From Paraspadella gotoi (Eukaryota; Animalia; Chaetognatha), in NCBI GenBank assembly GCA_051294375.1, contig CM119270.1:4022301-4086300 (forward strand): DNA of 64,000 nucleotides. The letters run 5' to 3'. The notes beneath the pieces were generated by a model, which saw only the letters and a program-made list of their open reading frames with translations, was not told the DNA's origin and searched no databases. The position numbers and the translations under genes are program-made. Positions 39,015-52,388 of the stretch are shown piece after piece (the first letter of the stretch is position 1; each line of letters opens with the position of its first letter).

Positions 39015-42000
39015 GAGGTCGGACAGAGGTCGGTGAAAACGAGGCAGAGTTCGGAAGAGTCTCGCAGAGGTCGGTGAAAGAACGGCAGAAGTTCGGAGAG
39101 GTTCGGCAGAGGTCAGGTGAAAGACGGCAAGAGTTTCGGAAGAGGTCGCAGAGGGTCGTTGGAAAGACGGCAGAGTTTCGGAAGAGGTCGCAGAGCTGCG
39201 CGTGAAAGACCGGCCAGAGTTGCGGAAGAAGGTCGGCAGAGGTCGGTGAAAGACGGTCCCGAGTTCGGAAGAGGTCGGCAGACGGTCGGTGAAAGACGGC
39301 AGAGTGGAATAGAGGTCGGCTGTGGTCGGTGAAGACGGCAGGATTCGGAAGAGGTCGGCACGAGGTCGGTGAAAGACGGGCAAGAGTTCGAAGAGTCGGC
39401 AGAGGTTCGTTGAAAGACGGCAGAGTTCGGAAGAGGTCGGCAGAGGTCGGTGGATAAACGGGCAGGAGTTCGAAGAGGTCGGCTGTGGTCGCGTGAAAGA
39501 CGCGCAGATTCGGAAGAGGTCGGCAAGAGGTCGGTGAAACGGCAGAGTTCGGAAAAAGGTCGGCAGAGGGTCGGTGTGAAAGACGGCCAGAGTTCGGGAG
39601 AGGTCGGCTGTGGCGTCGGTGATGAAAGACGGCCAGAGTTCGGAAGAGGGTCGCAGAGTCGGTGAAAGACGCAGAGTTCGTGGGACGAGTCGGCTGTTGG
39701 TCGGTGAAAGACGGCCAGAAGTTCGGGGAAGAGGTCGGCTGTGGTCGGTGAAAGGGACGGCAGAGTTCGAAGAGGTCGGCAGAGGTCGGTGAAAGACGGC
39801 AGAGTTCGGAAGAGGTGGCTGTGGTCGGGTGAAAGACGGCGAGTTCGGAAGAGGTCGGCGCAGAGGTCGGTGAAAGACGCAGAGTTCGAAGAGGTCGGCT
39901 GTGCGTCGGTAGAAAGACGGCAGAGTTCGGGAAGAGGTCGGCAGAGGTCGGTGAAAAGACGCAGAGTTCGGCAAGAGTCGGCAGAGGTCGGTGAAAGACG
40001 GCCAGAGTTCGGAAGAGGTCGGCAGAGGTCGGTGAAGACGCAGAGTTCGGGAGAGGTCGGCAAGAGGTCGGTTGAAAAGACGGCAGAGTTTCGGAAGAGG
40101 TCGGCTGTGGTCGGTGAAAGACGGGCCCAGAGTTCGAGAAGGAGGTCGCTGTGGTCGGTGAAAGACAGCAAGTCGGAAGAGACATGGTCGGCAGAGGTCG
40201 GTGAAAGACGGCAAGAGTTCGGAAGAGGTCGGCAGAGGTCGGTGAATAGACGGCAGAAGTTCGGAAGAGGTCGGCAGAGGTCGGTGAAAGACGGCAGAGT
40301 TCCGGAAGAGGTCGGCTGTGGGTCGGGCAAAGACGGCAGAGTTCGGAAGAGGTTGCAGAGTCGGTGAAAGACGGCCAGAGTTCGGAAGAGGGTCGGCAGA
40401 GGTCGGTGAAAGACGGCAGAAGTTCGGAAGAGGTCGGCAGAGGTCGGCTGAAAGACGGCAGAGTTCGGGAGAGGTCGGCCAGAGGTCGGTGAAAGACGGC
40501 AGAGGTTCGGGAGAAGGTCGGCTGTGGTCCGGTGTGAAAGACGGCAGGTTCGGGAAGAAGGTCGGGGCTGTGGGTCGGTGAAGACGCAGAGTTCGGAGAG
40601 GTCGGCAGAGGTCGGTTGAAAGACGGCAGAGTTCGGAATGGAGGTCGGCTGTGGTCGGTGAAAGACGCAGAGTTCGGAAGACGGTCGGCAGAGGTCGGTG
40701 GAAAGAGGCAGAGTTCGGAAGAGGTCGGCAGAGTTCGGTGAAAGACGCAGCAGTTTTCGGGAGAGTCGCTGTGTCGGGTGAAAGGACTGGCTGAGTTTTC
40801 GGAAGAGGTCGCGCAGAGGGTCGTTGTGAAAACGGCCAGAGTTCGGAAGAGGGTCGGCAAGGTCGGTGAAAGACGGCATAGAGTTCGAAGAGTCGGCTGT
40901 GGTCGGTGAAAGACGGCAGAGTTCGAATGAGGTCGGCAGAGGTCGGTGAAAGACGGCCAGAGTTCGGAAAGGTCGGAGAGGGTCGGTTGAAAGACGGCCA
41001 GAGTTCGGGATGAGGTCGGCAGAGGTCGGTGAAAGACGGCAGAGTTCGGGAAGAGGTACGGCTGTGGTCGGTGAAAGACGCCAGAGTTCGAAGAGTCGGC
41101 AGAGGTCGGTGAAAGACGGCAGAGTTCGGAACGAGGTCGGCTGTGGTCGGTGAAGACGGCAGAGTTCGGAAGAGTCGGCTGTTGGTCCGGTGAAAGACGG
41201 CAGACGTTCGGAAGAGGTCGGGCTGGGTCGGTGAAAAGACGGCAGAGTTCGGAAGAGGTCGGCAGAGGTCTCGTGAAAGAACGGCCAAGTTCTGGGAGAG
41301 GTCGGCAGAGGTCGGTGAAAGACGCAGGTTCGAAGAGGTCGGCTGTGGTCGGTGAAAGACGGCAGAGTTCGAGAGGTCGGCCAGAGGTCGGTGAAAGACG
41401 GCAGAGTTCGGAAGAGGTCGCAGAGGTCGGTGAAAGACGGTCAGAGTTCGGAAGAGGTCGGCTGTGGTCGGTGAAAAAGACGCAGGTTCGGAACGAGGTC
41501 GGCAGAAGGTCGGTGAAAGACGGCAGCAGTTCGGAAGAGTCGGCAGAGCGTCGGTGGAAAGACGCCAGAGTTCGGAAGAGGTCGGCAGGAGGTCGGTGAA
41601 AGACGGCAGAGTTCGGAAGAGGTCGGCAGAGGTCGGTGAAAACGGCAGAGTTCGGAAGAGGTTCGGCAGAGGTCGTGAAAGACGGCAGAGTTCGGAAGAC
41701 GGTCGGCTGTGGTCGGTGAAGAACGCAGAGTTCGAAGAGGTCGGCAGAGAGGTCGGGTGAAAGACGCAGAGTTCGGAAGAGGTTCGGCACAGAGGTCGGT
41801 GAAAGACGCAGAGTTCGGAAGGAGGTCGGCGAGGTCGGTGAAGACGGCAGAGTTCGGGAGAGGTCGGCAGAGGTTCGGTGAAAGACGGCAGAGTTCGAGA
41901 GGTCGGCAGAGGTCGGTGAAAAGACGGCAGAGTTCGGAAGAGGTCGGCTGTGGTCGGTTGAAAGACGGCAGAGTTCGGAAGAGTGTCGGCAGAGTTCGGT

Positions 42001-45000
42001 GAAAGACGGCAGTAGTTCGGAAGAGGTTCGGCTTGTGCGTCGGTGAAAGGACGGCAGAGTTCGGAAGTGAAGGTCGGCAGGAGAGTCGGATGAAAGACGG
42101 CAGAGTTCGGAAGAGGTCGGCTGTGGTCGGTTGAAAGACGGCAGAGTTCGGAAAGAGGTCGGCAGAGGCGTGAAAGACGCAGAGTTCGGAAGAGTCGGCT
42201 GTGGTCGGTGAAAGACGCAGGTTCGGGAAGAGGTCGGCAGAGGTCGCGTGGAAAGACGGGCAGACGTTCGGGAAGAGGTCGGCAGAGTCGGTGAAAAGAC
42301 GGCAGAGTTCGGAAGGAGGTCGGCAGAGGTTCGGTGAAAGACGCAGAGTTCGGAAGAGGTCGGCAGAGGTCGGTGAAAGACGGCAAGTTCGAAGAGGTCG
42401 GCAGAGGGTCGGTGAAAGACGGCAGAATGTTCGAAGAGGTCGGCAGAGGGTCGGTTTGAAAGACGGCCCAGAGTTCGAATAGACGGGTCGGCAGAGGTCG
42501 GTGAAAGACGGCAGGAGTTCGGAAAGAGGTCGGCTGTGTCGGTGATAAGACGGCCAGAGTTCGGAAGAGGTCGGCAGAGGTCGGTGAAAGACGGCAGAGT
42601 TCGGAAGAGGTCGGCATGAGCGGTTTTGAAAGGACGGCAGAGTTCGGAAGAGGTCGGCAGAGGTCGTGGTGATTGAAAGACGTCAGAGTTCGAAGAGGTC
42701 GGAGAGGTCGGTGAAAGACGGCAGAGTTCGGAAGAGGTCGGCATAGGTCGCGTTGTGAAAGACGGCAGAGTTCGGAAGAGGTCGGCAGAGGTCGGTTTGA
42801 AAGACGGGAGGAGTTCGGAAGAGGTCGGCTGTGGTCCGGTGAAGACGCGCCAGAGTTCGGAAGAGGTCGGCAGAGGTCGGTGAAAGACTGCAGAGTTCGG
42901 AAGAGGTCGGCAGAGGGCGCTGTGAAAGACGGCAGAGTCGGAAGAGGTCGGCAGAGGTCGGTGAAAGACGGCAGAGTTCGGAGAGTTCGGCAGAGGTCGG
43001 TGAAAAGCGGCAGAGTTCGGAAGAGGTCGGCAGAGGTCAGGCTGGAAGATCGGCAGAGTTCGGTAAGAGGTCGGCACGAGGTCGGTTGAAAGACGGCAGA
43101 GTTCGGAAGAGGTCGGCTGTGGTCGGTGAAAGACACGGCAGAGTTCGGAAGAGGGTCGGCAGAGGTCGGTGAAAGACGGCAGAGTTCGGAAGAGGTCGGC
43201 AGAGGTCGGTGTAAGCGGCAGAGTTCGAAGAGGTCTGCAGAGGGTCGGTAAAAGACGGCAGAGAGTTCGAAGGAGGTCGGGCAGAGGGCTCGTGAAAGAC
43301 GGCAGAGTTCGGAAGAGTCGGCTTGTGGTCGGTTGAAAGACGGCAGAGTTCGGAAGAGGTCGGCAGAGGCGGTGAAGACGGGCAGAGTTCGGAAGAGGTC
43401 GGCAGAGGTCGGTGAAGACGGCAGAGTTCGGAAGAGGTCGGCTGTGGTCGGTGATGAAAGACGCAGAGTTCGGAAGAGGTCGCAGAGGTCGGTGTGAGAA
43501 CGCAGAGTTCGGAAGAGGTCGGCAGAGGTCGGTGCAAGACGGCTGAGTTCGGAAAGGTCGGCACGAGGCGGTTGAAAGACGGCAGAGTTCGGAAGGGTCG
43601 GCAGAGGTCGGTGTGAAAGACGGGCAGAGTTCGGAAGAAGGTCGGGAGGTCGGTGATTGAAGGACGGCAGAAGTTCGGAAGAGGGTCGGCTTGTGCGTCG
43701 GTGAAAGACGGCAGAGTTCGGAAAGGGTCGGCAGAGGTCGGTGAAAGACGGCAGAGTTCGGAAGAGGTCGGCAGAGGTCGGTGAAAGACGGCATAGTTCG
43801 GGAAGGAGGTCGCAGAGGTCCGGTGAAAGACGGCAGAGTTCGGAAGAGGTCGCGAGGTCGGTGAAAGACGGCAGAGTATCGGAAGAGGTCGGCAGAGGGT
43901 CGCGTGAAAGACGGCAGAGTTGGAAGAGGTCCGGCACAGGTCGGTTGAAAGACGGCGAGTTCGGAGAGGGTCGGCAAGAGTGTCGGGTGAAAGACGGCCA
44001 GAGTTGGAAGAGTCGGCAGAGGGTCGCGTGAAAGACGGCCAGAGTCGGAGAGGTCGCAGAGGTCGACGTGAAAGACGGCAGAGTTCGAAGAGGTCTGGCA
44101 GAGGTCGGTGAAAGACGGCAGAGTTCGGAAGAAGGTCGGCAGAGGTCGGTGTGGAAAGACGGCAGGAGTCGGAAGAGGTCTGGCATAGAGGTCGGTGAAG
44201 ACGGCCAGAGTTCGGAAGAGGTCGGCTGTGGTCGGTGAAAGACGGACAGAGTTTCGGAAAGAGTGGCAGAGGTCGGTAAAGACGGCAGAGTTCGGGAGAG
44301 GTCGAGAAGGTGGCAGAGGTCGGTAAAGACGGCAGAGTTTCGGAAGAGGTCGAGAGGTCGGTGAAAGACGGCCAGAGTTCGGGAGAGGTCGGCAGAGGTC
44401 GGTGAAAGGACGGCAGAGTTCGGAAGAGGTCGCAGAGGTCGGTGAAGCGGCAGATTCGGAAGAGGTCGGCAGAGGTCGGTGAGAAAGACGGGCAGAGTTC
44501 GGAAGAGGGTCGGCAGAGGCGTGGTGAAAAGACGCAGAGTTCGAAGAGGTCGGCAGACGGTCGGTGATTGAAGACGGGCAGAGTTCGGAAGAGGTCGGCA
44601 GAGGGTCGGGTTTGAAGACGGCCAGAGTTCGAAGAGTCGGCAAGGTGCGTGAAAAGACGGCAGAGTTCGGGAGAGGTCGGCAGAGGTCGGTGAAAGCGGG
44701 CAGAGTTCGGGAGAGGTCGGCAGAGGTCGGTGAAAGACGGCAGGAGTCGAGAGGTTCGGCAGAGGTCGGTGAAAGACCGCAGAGTTCGGGAGAGGTCGGC
44801 AGAGGCGTGTGAAAAGACGCAGAGTTCGGAAGAGGTCGGCTGTGGTCGGTGTAAGACGGCAGAGTTCGGAATGAGGTCGGCAGAGGTCGTGGAAAGACGG
44901 GCAGAGGTTCGGAAGAGGTCGGCAGCAGAAGGTCGGTGAAAGACGCAGAGGTTCGGAAGAGAGGGTCGGCAGAGGTCGGTGAAGACGGCAGAGTTCGGGA

Positions 45001-47540
45001 GAGGTCGGGCTGTTGGTCGGTGTGAAAGACGGCAGAGTTCGGTAACGAGGTCGGCAGAGGTCGGTTGAAAGACGGAGAGTTCGGAAGAGGTCGGCAGAGT
45101 CGTCGGTGAAAGACGGCAGAGTTCGGGAGAGGTCGGCAGAGGTCGGTGAAAGACTGCAGAGTTCGAAGATCGGGATGGTCGGATGAAAGGACGGCAGAGT
45201 TCGTAAAGAGGTCGGCAGAGGTCGGTTGAAAGAGGTCATGAGTTCGAAGAGCGTCGGCCTGTGGTCGAGTGAAAAACGGCCTCAGAGTTTCGCGAAGAGT
45301 GTGCATGAGGTCGTGCTTGAAAGACGGCAGAGTTCGGATAGACCGGTCGCATGAGGTCGTGTGATAAGCTACGCAGTAGTTTGGGAGAGGTCGGCTAGGG
45401 TCGGTGAAGACGGCAGAGTTTCGGTAAGAGGTCGCAGAGCTGTCGGTGAAAGACGCGCATGGTTCGGAAGAGGTCGGCGAGGTCGGGTGAATAGACGCCA
45501 GAGTTCGGGAGAGTTCGCGCACCGACGGGTCGGTGTGAAATACGCGCAGAGTTCGCGATAGAGGTCTGGCCTGGGTCGGTGTAAAGGACGGCATGTGTCT
45601 CCGGAAGTAGGTCGGCCAGAGGGTCGGTTGAAAGACGCTAGCATGGTGTCGGAAGAAGAGGTCGGCAGAGGGTCGGTGAATACGAGCTAGGAGTTCGTGC
45701 AAGAGGTCGGCAGAGGTTCGGGTGAAAGACGGCAAGAGTTCGGAATGAGGTCTGCGCAGATGCGGTCGGCTGAAAGACGGCAGAGTTCGGAAACGGAGGT
45801 CGGCCAGAGGTCCGGTTGAAAGACGGCAGAGTTCGGTAGAGGTCGCCAGAGGTCGGTGAATAAGACGGCAGATGTTCGGAAGAGGTCGGCAGAGGGTCTG
45901 GTGAAAGGACTCGGCGCAGAGTTCGGAGAGGTCGGCTAGAGGTCGTGTGTAAAGGAATATCGGCGGCCAGAGTTCGGAGAGGTCTTGGCTGATGTCGGTG
46001 TAAAGACCGGCAGAGTTCGGAAGCAGGTCGGCTGTCCGGTTGAAAGGACGGCAAGAGTTCGAAGAAAGAGAGTCTGCGTAAGGAGCAGAGTCGAAGATGG
46101 TCGGTGAGCGGTGTAAGCGGCAGAGTTTACGGAACGAGGTCGGCACTTGAGTCGTCCGGTGAAAGACGGGCAGACGTTCGGAAGAGTCGCTGTGAGGTCG
46201 GTGAAAAGACCGCAGACGTTCGGAAGAGGTCGGGCCATTGAGGTCGGTCTGAAAGACGGCACGAGTTCGCGAAGAGGTCTTGCTCGGAGGTCGGTGATAA
46301 AGACGGCAGATCGAGTCGGGAGAGTTCCGTGAAGACGAGGTTGCGGTCGCAGAGGTCGGTGTCAAAGACGTCAGTTTCGGGAAAGGGAGGTCCTTAGCGC
46401 AGGAGGTCAGCGTGAAAGACGGCAGAGTTCGGATACGAGGTCGGCATGCAGGTCGCGCTTGAAAGACGGCAGAGTTTCGGAAGAGTGTCGGCAGGCCAGG
46501 TCGCTGAAAGACGGGCAGAGTTCGCCGAGAGGTCGGCAGAGGTCGGTGATGAAAGACGGCAGAGTTCGGCAAGAGAGGTCGGGCAGAGGGTCCGATAATA
46601 TCGCTGTGGAGTTCGGAAAGAGTTCGGCCAGAGTCGTGTGAAAGACGGTCAGTAGTTCGGAAAGAGGGTCGCCGCGAGGTTCGGGTGAAAAGACGGTTCA
46701 GAGTTTCGGAATGAGGTCGGCACCTTGAGCCGATCGGTGAAGACGCAGAGTTCGGCAGAGGTCGGCAGAGGTCGAGTGAAAGATCCGTGCAGACGTTACG
46801 GAAGAGTCGGCAGAGGTCTGTGTGATAACGATCGCGCCATGAGTTCGGAAGAGGTCGCAGATGGTCGGTGAAAGACGGCAGAGTTCGGTAAGAGGCATCG
46901 GCCAGCAGGTCTCGCGTGAAAGACGGGCAGAGTTCGGAGAGGTCGGCGAAGGTCGGTGAAAGATGGCAGAGTTTCGGAAGAGGTCGGCAGAGGTCGTGAA
47001 AGACCGGCAGAGTTCGGACAGGTCCGGCAGAGGTCGGTGAAAGACGCGAGTTCGGAAGGTCGGCTGTGGTCGGTTGGAAAGACGGCCAGAGTCGGAAGAG
47101 GTCGGCAGAGGTCGGTGAAAAGCACGGCAGAGTTCGGAAGAGGTCGTCAGAGGTCGAGTTGAAAGACGGCCAGAGTTCGGAAAGGTCGGCCCAGAGCGTT
47201 CGGTGAAAGACGCCAGAGTTCGGAAAAGAGGTCGGCTGTGGTCGGTGAAAGACGGCAGAGTTCGGAAAGGTTTCGGCAGAGGTGAGTGAAGACGGCAGAG
47301 TTCGGAAGAGGTGGCAGAGTTCGGTAAAGACGGGCAGAGTTCGGGAATAGAGGTCTGGCAGAGGTCGGTGAAAGACGGCAGAGTTCGGAAAGAGGTCGAG
47401 AGGTCGGTGAAAGACGGCAGAGTTCGGAAGAGGTCGGCAGAGGTCGGTGAAGACGGGCATAGGTTCGGAAGAGGTCGGCTGTGGTCGGTGAAGACGGCAG
47501 AGTTCGGAGAGGTCGGCAGGGTCGGTGAAAAGACGGCAGA
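39015..47540. repeat. 40-bp satellite array, copy 2 (largely identical to copy 1)
   Basis: Same consensus; ORF-track translations are identical at offsets 9156 (29957/39113) and 9320 (37636/46956). Confidence 0.97.
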
Positions 47541-48903
47541 ATCTCTCTCTTTTTAAAAAAAAATAGAGAGCCGTTGGCGAAAGGAAGAAAAACCATCGAC
47601 ATAATATAACGAGTTAAGAGACGTATAAAAATATAGACTGTTTCATATTGTAAAAAAAAAATGTTAAATTCTGGCCCGCCTGAATAGGGAGTTCCAATTT
47701 CGAACGTCGACACAGGCTGAACCGATAAGACAAATAAATAAATCCATTTAGATGAGTTGCCTCTAAACTCATAGAAGAGCCCACATGTATGAAAAAATCC
47801 CGGCATCCAGAAGGGCTCCGTTTGGGGTTTCCGTTTGGGGTTTCCGTTTGGGGTTNNNNNNNNNNNNNNNNNNNNNNNNNNNNNNNNNNNNNNNNNNNNN
47901 NNNNNNNNNNNNNNNNNNNNNNNNNNNNNNNNNNNNNNNNNNNNNNNNNNNNNNNNNNNNNNNNNNNNNNNNGGGGGGGGTAGTCCCCGGGGGAGACTCC
48001 AATGGGGAAAGCTTAAGAGAGACATGAACGACCGACCTTTAAATCGTCTCTTGTCGACAGAAAAGAAATTTACGGGGGAAAAAGAAAAANNNNNNNNNNN
48101 NNNNNNNNNNNNNNNNNNNNNNNNNNNNNNNNNNNNNNNNNNNNNNNNNNNNNNNNNNNNNNNNNNNNNNNNNNNNNNNNNNNNNNNNNNNNNNNNNNNN
48201 NNNNNNNNNNNNNNNNNNNNNNNNNNNNNNNNNNNNNNNNNNNNNNNNNNNNNNNNNNNNNNNNNNNNNNNNNNNNNNNNNNNNNNNNNNNNNNNNNNNN
48301 NNNNNNNNNNNNNNNAAAATCCCGAAAAAAATAGGCAATAAACTCCCATAAAAAAGACAATAAAAAATAAAAGGCTTTAACCGATATAAGCGGGAAAACA
48401 ACGTTTAAGTATCGAGAAAAAAAAATTGATTTTGGAAGAAACGATCTCTGAGAATATCGAGGGTCATAAAAATACCGAATCCTGAAGAGACCGAAAAAAA
48501 AACCACGACTCTGTGAAAAAATAAAATCTCCCGAGTCGTTATTATCAGCTGTGAAAATTTGAAGATTCTGTAATGACTTAACATCGCTACTCGCTAGATA
48601 AGGCTATTCTATCCATAAGAGCGCGTTGATCTATCGCTTCATTCTTCGAACCCGTTGGTCCCTAGGTTCTAGCCCTGGTCGCGAACGGTGCTAGTTTAAA
48701 GAGAGTGACGGGCAGGGTTAAACCACAGATTAAACCACAGGAAAATCTCTCTAACCCGCTGGGCACACCTTGAGTAGGAGCATGGGGAGCCCATGTCCTC
48801 TTGGACCCTTTACTCCGCCAGTTAAGCATAAAATAAAAAGAGAGAGAAAGAGAGAGAAAGAGAGAAAGAGAGAAAGAGNNNNNNNNNNNNNNNNNNNNNN
48901 NNN

Positions 48904-49855
48904 GTGGGAGAGAGATGGGGAGGCAAGGGGGGGAGGATAGTCCCGGGGAGAACTCCATGGGAAAGCTTAAGAGAGACATGAACGAACCACCTTTAAATCG
49001 TCTCTTGTCGACAGAAAGAAGATTTACGGGGGTAAAGAAGAAAAAAAAGAATCTGCGGTGGAGAGAGGAGAGAGAGGGAGAGAGAGGAGGCGAGAGAGAA
49101 GACAGAGAGAGCAGGAGAGACGCAGAGAGAAGGTAGATATGAGGATGAGAAGATGCAGAACAGAAGACGGGATGGAGAGTATAATATGAAATACATCCTA
49201 ATTATGTTCTTTGTAATAAAATCCGGAAAAAAATGAGGCTAATACTACCATAAAAAGACATATAAAAAAATAAAGGCTTAACCGATATTAGGCGGGAAAA
49301 AACGTTTAAGTAATCGGGGGAAAAATGGAATTTTTGGAAGAAACGATCTCTGAGAATATCGAGGTGCATAAAAATGGCCGGAATCCTGAAGGACCGAAAA
49401 AAAAACCACGACTCTGTGAAAAAGGTAAAATCTCCCGAGTCGTTATGTATCAGCTTGTGAAAATTTGAAGATTCTGAATGAACTTAACATCGCTTAGCTC
49501 GTCTAGATAAGGCTATTCTTCCATACAGTCGCATTGATCTAATCGCTTCATTCTTGGTGGAGACTCAGTGCTGTGCCGTTGGTTCCCTCGGTTCTGCCCT
49601 GGTCGCGAACGGTGGCTAAGTTTTAAAGGAGGAGTGACGGGCAGGGTTTAAACCACAGATTAAAACGACAAGGCAAAATCTCGATACAGGAGTTGACGCG
49701 GAGCCACCTTGAGTAGGACATGGGGAGCCCATGTCCTCTGGACCCTTTACGTCCGCCAGTTAAGGCATTAAAATAAAAAGAGAGAGAAAGGAGAGAAAGA
49801 AGAGAGAAAGAGAGAAAGGAGAGAAGAGAGAAAGAGAGAGAAAGAGGAGAAAGAG
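48904..49855 (+). other. Noisy tandem duplicate of about 47972-48878 across a 25-N gap
   Basis: Both copies start ..TAGTCCC(C)GGGG(G)AGA.CTCCA.TGGG(G)AAAGCTTAAGAGAGACATGAACG and end TAAAATAAAAAGAGAGAGAAAG. Confidence 0.85.
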
Positions 49856-51752
49856 AGTGCAACAGCATCACGCATAAAACGGGGTAAATCTTTTCGCAAT
49901 CGAGTTAAACAAAAAGATTTCGAAATCTGTTCTTACCGTTTTTTTTTTTAAATTTCAGATTTTTTTTTTTCCAGGTATTTCTTTTTTCTATATTTTTTTC
50001 ACTGTAATTTTTTTGTTTAAAAGAATTTAATTACTATGTAAAATAAGCTTTATTAAATAATCTAATTACAAAATATCGAGAATGGTTTATTTCTTTAAAA
50101 CCTTTTCATTTCAAAATTCAAAGTCATTGCTATGGTAAGAAAGAAGAATAAGAGGAGATGAAGCAAAATGAGGTAGGGTGAAAATCAAGAGAGAGAGAGA
50201 GAAAAGAAGAGAGAGTTCGCGTGTTGATGCTGCCACAGAGTTAGCAATCGTTTGCAGGTATAGTTGGCGCGGTTTCAAAACCAGAAGTCCTCAGAATATT
50301 CGGAGAATCTAAATTTGATGGTAAAAAGACAAGAATAAATCAAAAAAAGAAAGTAAAATCAGTTAAATTCTGTCAGAAATTCTTTCAAGAAGAACTGTTC
50401 TCATTTCGTGCGGGCCATAACCGTGAGAACATATCCATGAATTCAGTAACGAGTTGAAAGGTCCTTTTCATCCTCTTGAATCGCCGTATGCGAACAAAAA
50501 TTTGGTCAGGGAAAATTAATAAAACGAGAGAAAATAACTTATTCGCGAATTCAATTCGGTAACGATAACTATTCTTTTTCGTTTTTACCCGTTTTATGCG
50601 TGATTGCGCATTTAGCGCGAATTTATTTATCCTTTGTTTATTATTTATTTTTCTGCTTCTCTCCGTTCATTCTTCGTTGCGACCATAAAACGAGGAGATA
50701 AAAACCAAAGTGGAGATGAGCTGGGGGAGTGTGGAGGTGGGGGGGGTGGGGACTGGAGGTGGGGCTAAGAGGTAGTGAGGTGAGGGACTGCTGGGAGGTG
50801 AGAAGAATCAATTCATTCTAACTTTCGTAATTTTAACGATCCTGAAGATATCGCGATGGATTGAAATCGGTGTTCTAAATCACGAAGATTATCCATCGGT
50901 TTAATAACATAGGCTTTTTTTTTTATCGTCTTCGTTGATGGCATTTCATTCATGAATTTATATATTTTTTTATCAAGACTTTCATTTAATATTTTTTATT
51001 TACAATCTGATAATCTGTTTTTTTTTTCCTCTTTTTTTCCCGTTTTGTTGTTTTTATTGTCGTTGTTGTTGTTTTAAAACTCTAAAACTGAACGACGGTC
51101 GACGAGATAAATTCGAAAATCTAAAAATAAATGCGCATCGTCAGGATGTCGAACCGCGACCCTTCCCCCTCACGGGGAGGGCCAACGGATTTTCATCGAC
51201 GTCGGGGGGGGTAACGGTTGTTGTTGTTGTTGTTCATCTTCGCCTTCGTCGTCGTTTTCCAAGCGAACTAGCTCATCGAGATAAACACGGGGCGCGACGA
51301 CGACGCGACGACGACGGACGACAATCAAACAAGAGGAGGACCGGAAATAACACTAAAACAATTTAATATACTGTGGATTAGTAGACATTATATTATCTAT
51401 AGACATTAATTGTTTTAATGAGGGGTAAATAGAAAAAAGAAAGAACAACCACAAACAAAAGATAATAAAACGACGACAACGACGAGTACACAACAAAACA
51501 CTGGGTTCCCTCGCGGCGCCCATTTTCACTGAAGTCCGGGATGTTGCCTCGCCTTGTTTTTACGACGACAGACGACGACGACACGACGACGACGACGACG
51601 ACGACGACGCGACGACGACGACGACGCACGACGACACGCGACGACGACGACGACTAGACTAACAAATCCTTTATGCAACATAAAAACAAAATTTTCTCTC
51701 GGCCCAGGTAACATTGAACCCTCTCTCTCTCTCTTCTCTCTCTCCTCTCTCT

Positions 51753-51792
<40 letters not shown>

Positions 51793-51918
51793 CTCTCCTC
51801 TCTCTCTCGATATTTATGCCGTTGGCGTTGTGTCATAAAGCAAGGGTGATATATTCCGCGAGAGTTTGTGTGGAACCGCGAGAGTCGCTATCACTGGACC
51901 TCTCTCTCTCTCTCTCTC

Positions 51919-51991
<73 letters not shown>

Positions 51992-52115
51992 GGGAGTAAT
52001 TGTGCTTTTAACGAAGAAAACTCCATCGAAAACTTTACATTAGTTCAAGTCCAGTATCTAAATATTCTGCATACATCACTTTAAGTATTACACTACATCG
52101 TATAATCTTTTCACA

Positions 52116-52212
52116 CAATTTAAACATTCTTTAAAATATTATTAATATACCACTTCACTGATAAGGAAGTTAAGTACTCAGGGAATAACTCAACGAGACT
52201 GTGAGAGAGTCT
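52116..52212 (+). repeat. Dispersed repeat family A, 5' partial copy
   Basis: AAACATTCTTTAAAATATTAT..ATACCACTT..CTGATAAGGAAG..GTACTC.GGGA...AACGAGACTGTGAGAGAGTCTT matches about 19765-19850. Confidence 0.75.
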
Positions 52213-52388
52213 TTATAGTCATTCTCTCTAACCTCTTAGTCCTTCTCTCTAACCTCTAACCTCTAACCTCTCCATATCTAACAATAAATATAAACACAGC
52301 GGTGCCTAAAATCTTTTATTTATCAATAAACAAACAAAGAAACATAAAAAAAGTCAACAATTATTACTGATAATCTTCCCAATGCCTC

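Noticed and set aside
29760-47460. Giant minus-strand ORFs (2681, 2170, 2126 and 2817 aa)
   Set aside because: They are translations of the 40-bp satellite. Its pyrimidine-rich strand has no TAA/TAG/TGA in any frame, so overlapping frames are all open and cycle through the same 40-aa pattern.
29863-47540. CRISPR-like array
   Set aside because: Units are contiguous with no unique spacers, there are no cas genes and the context is eukaryotic.
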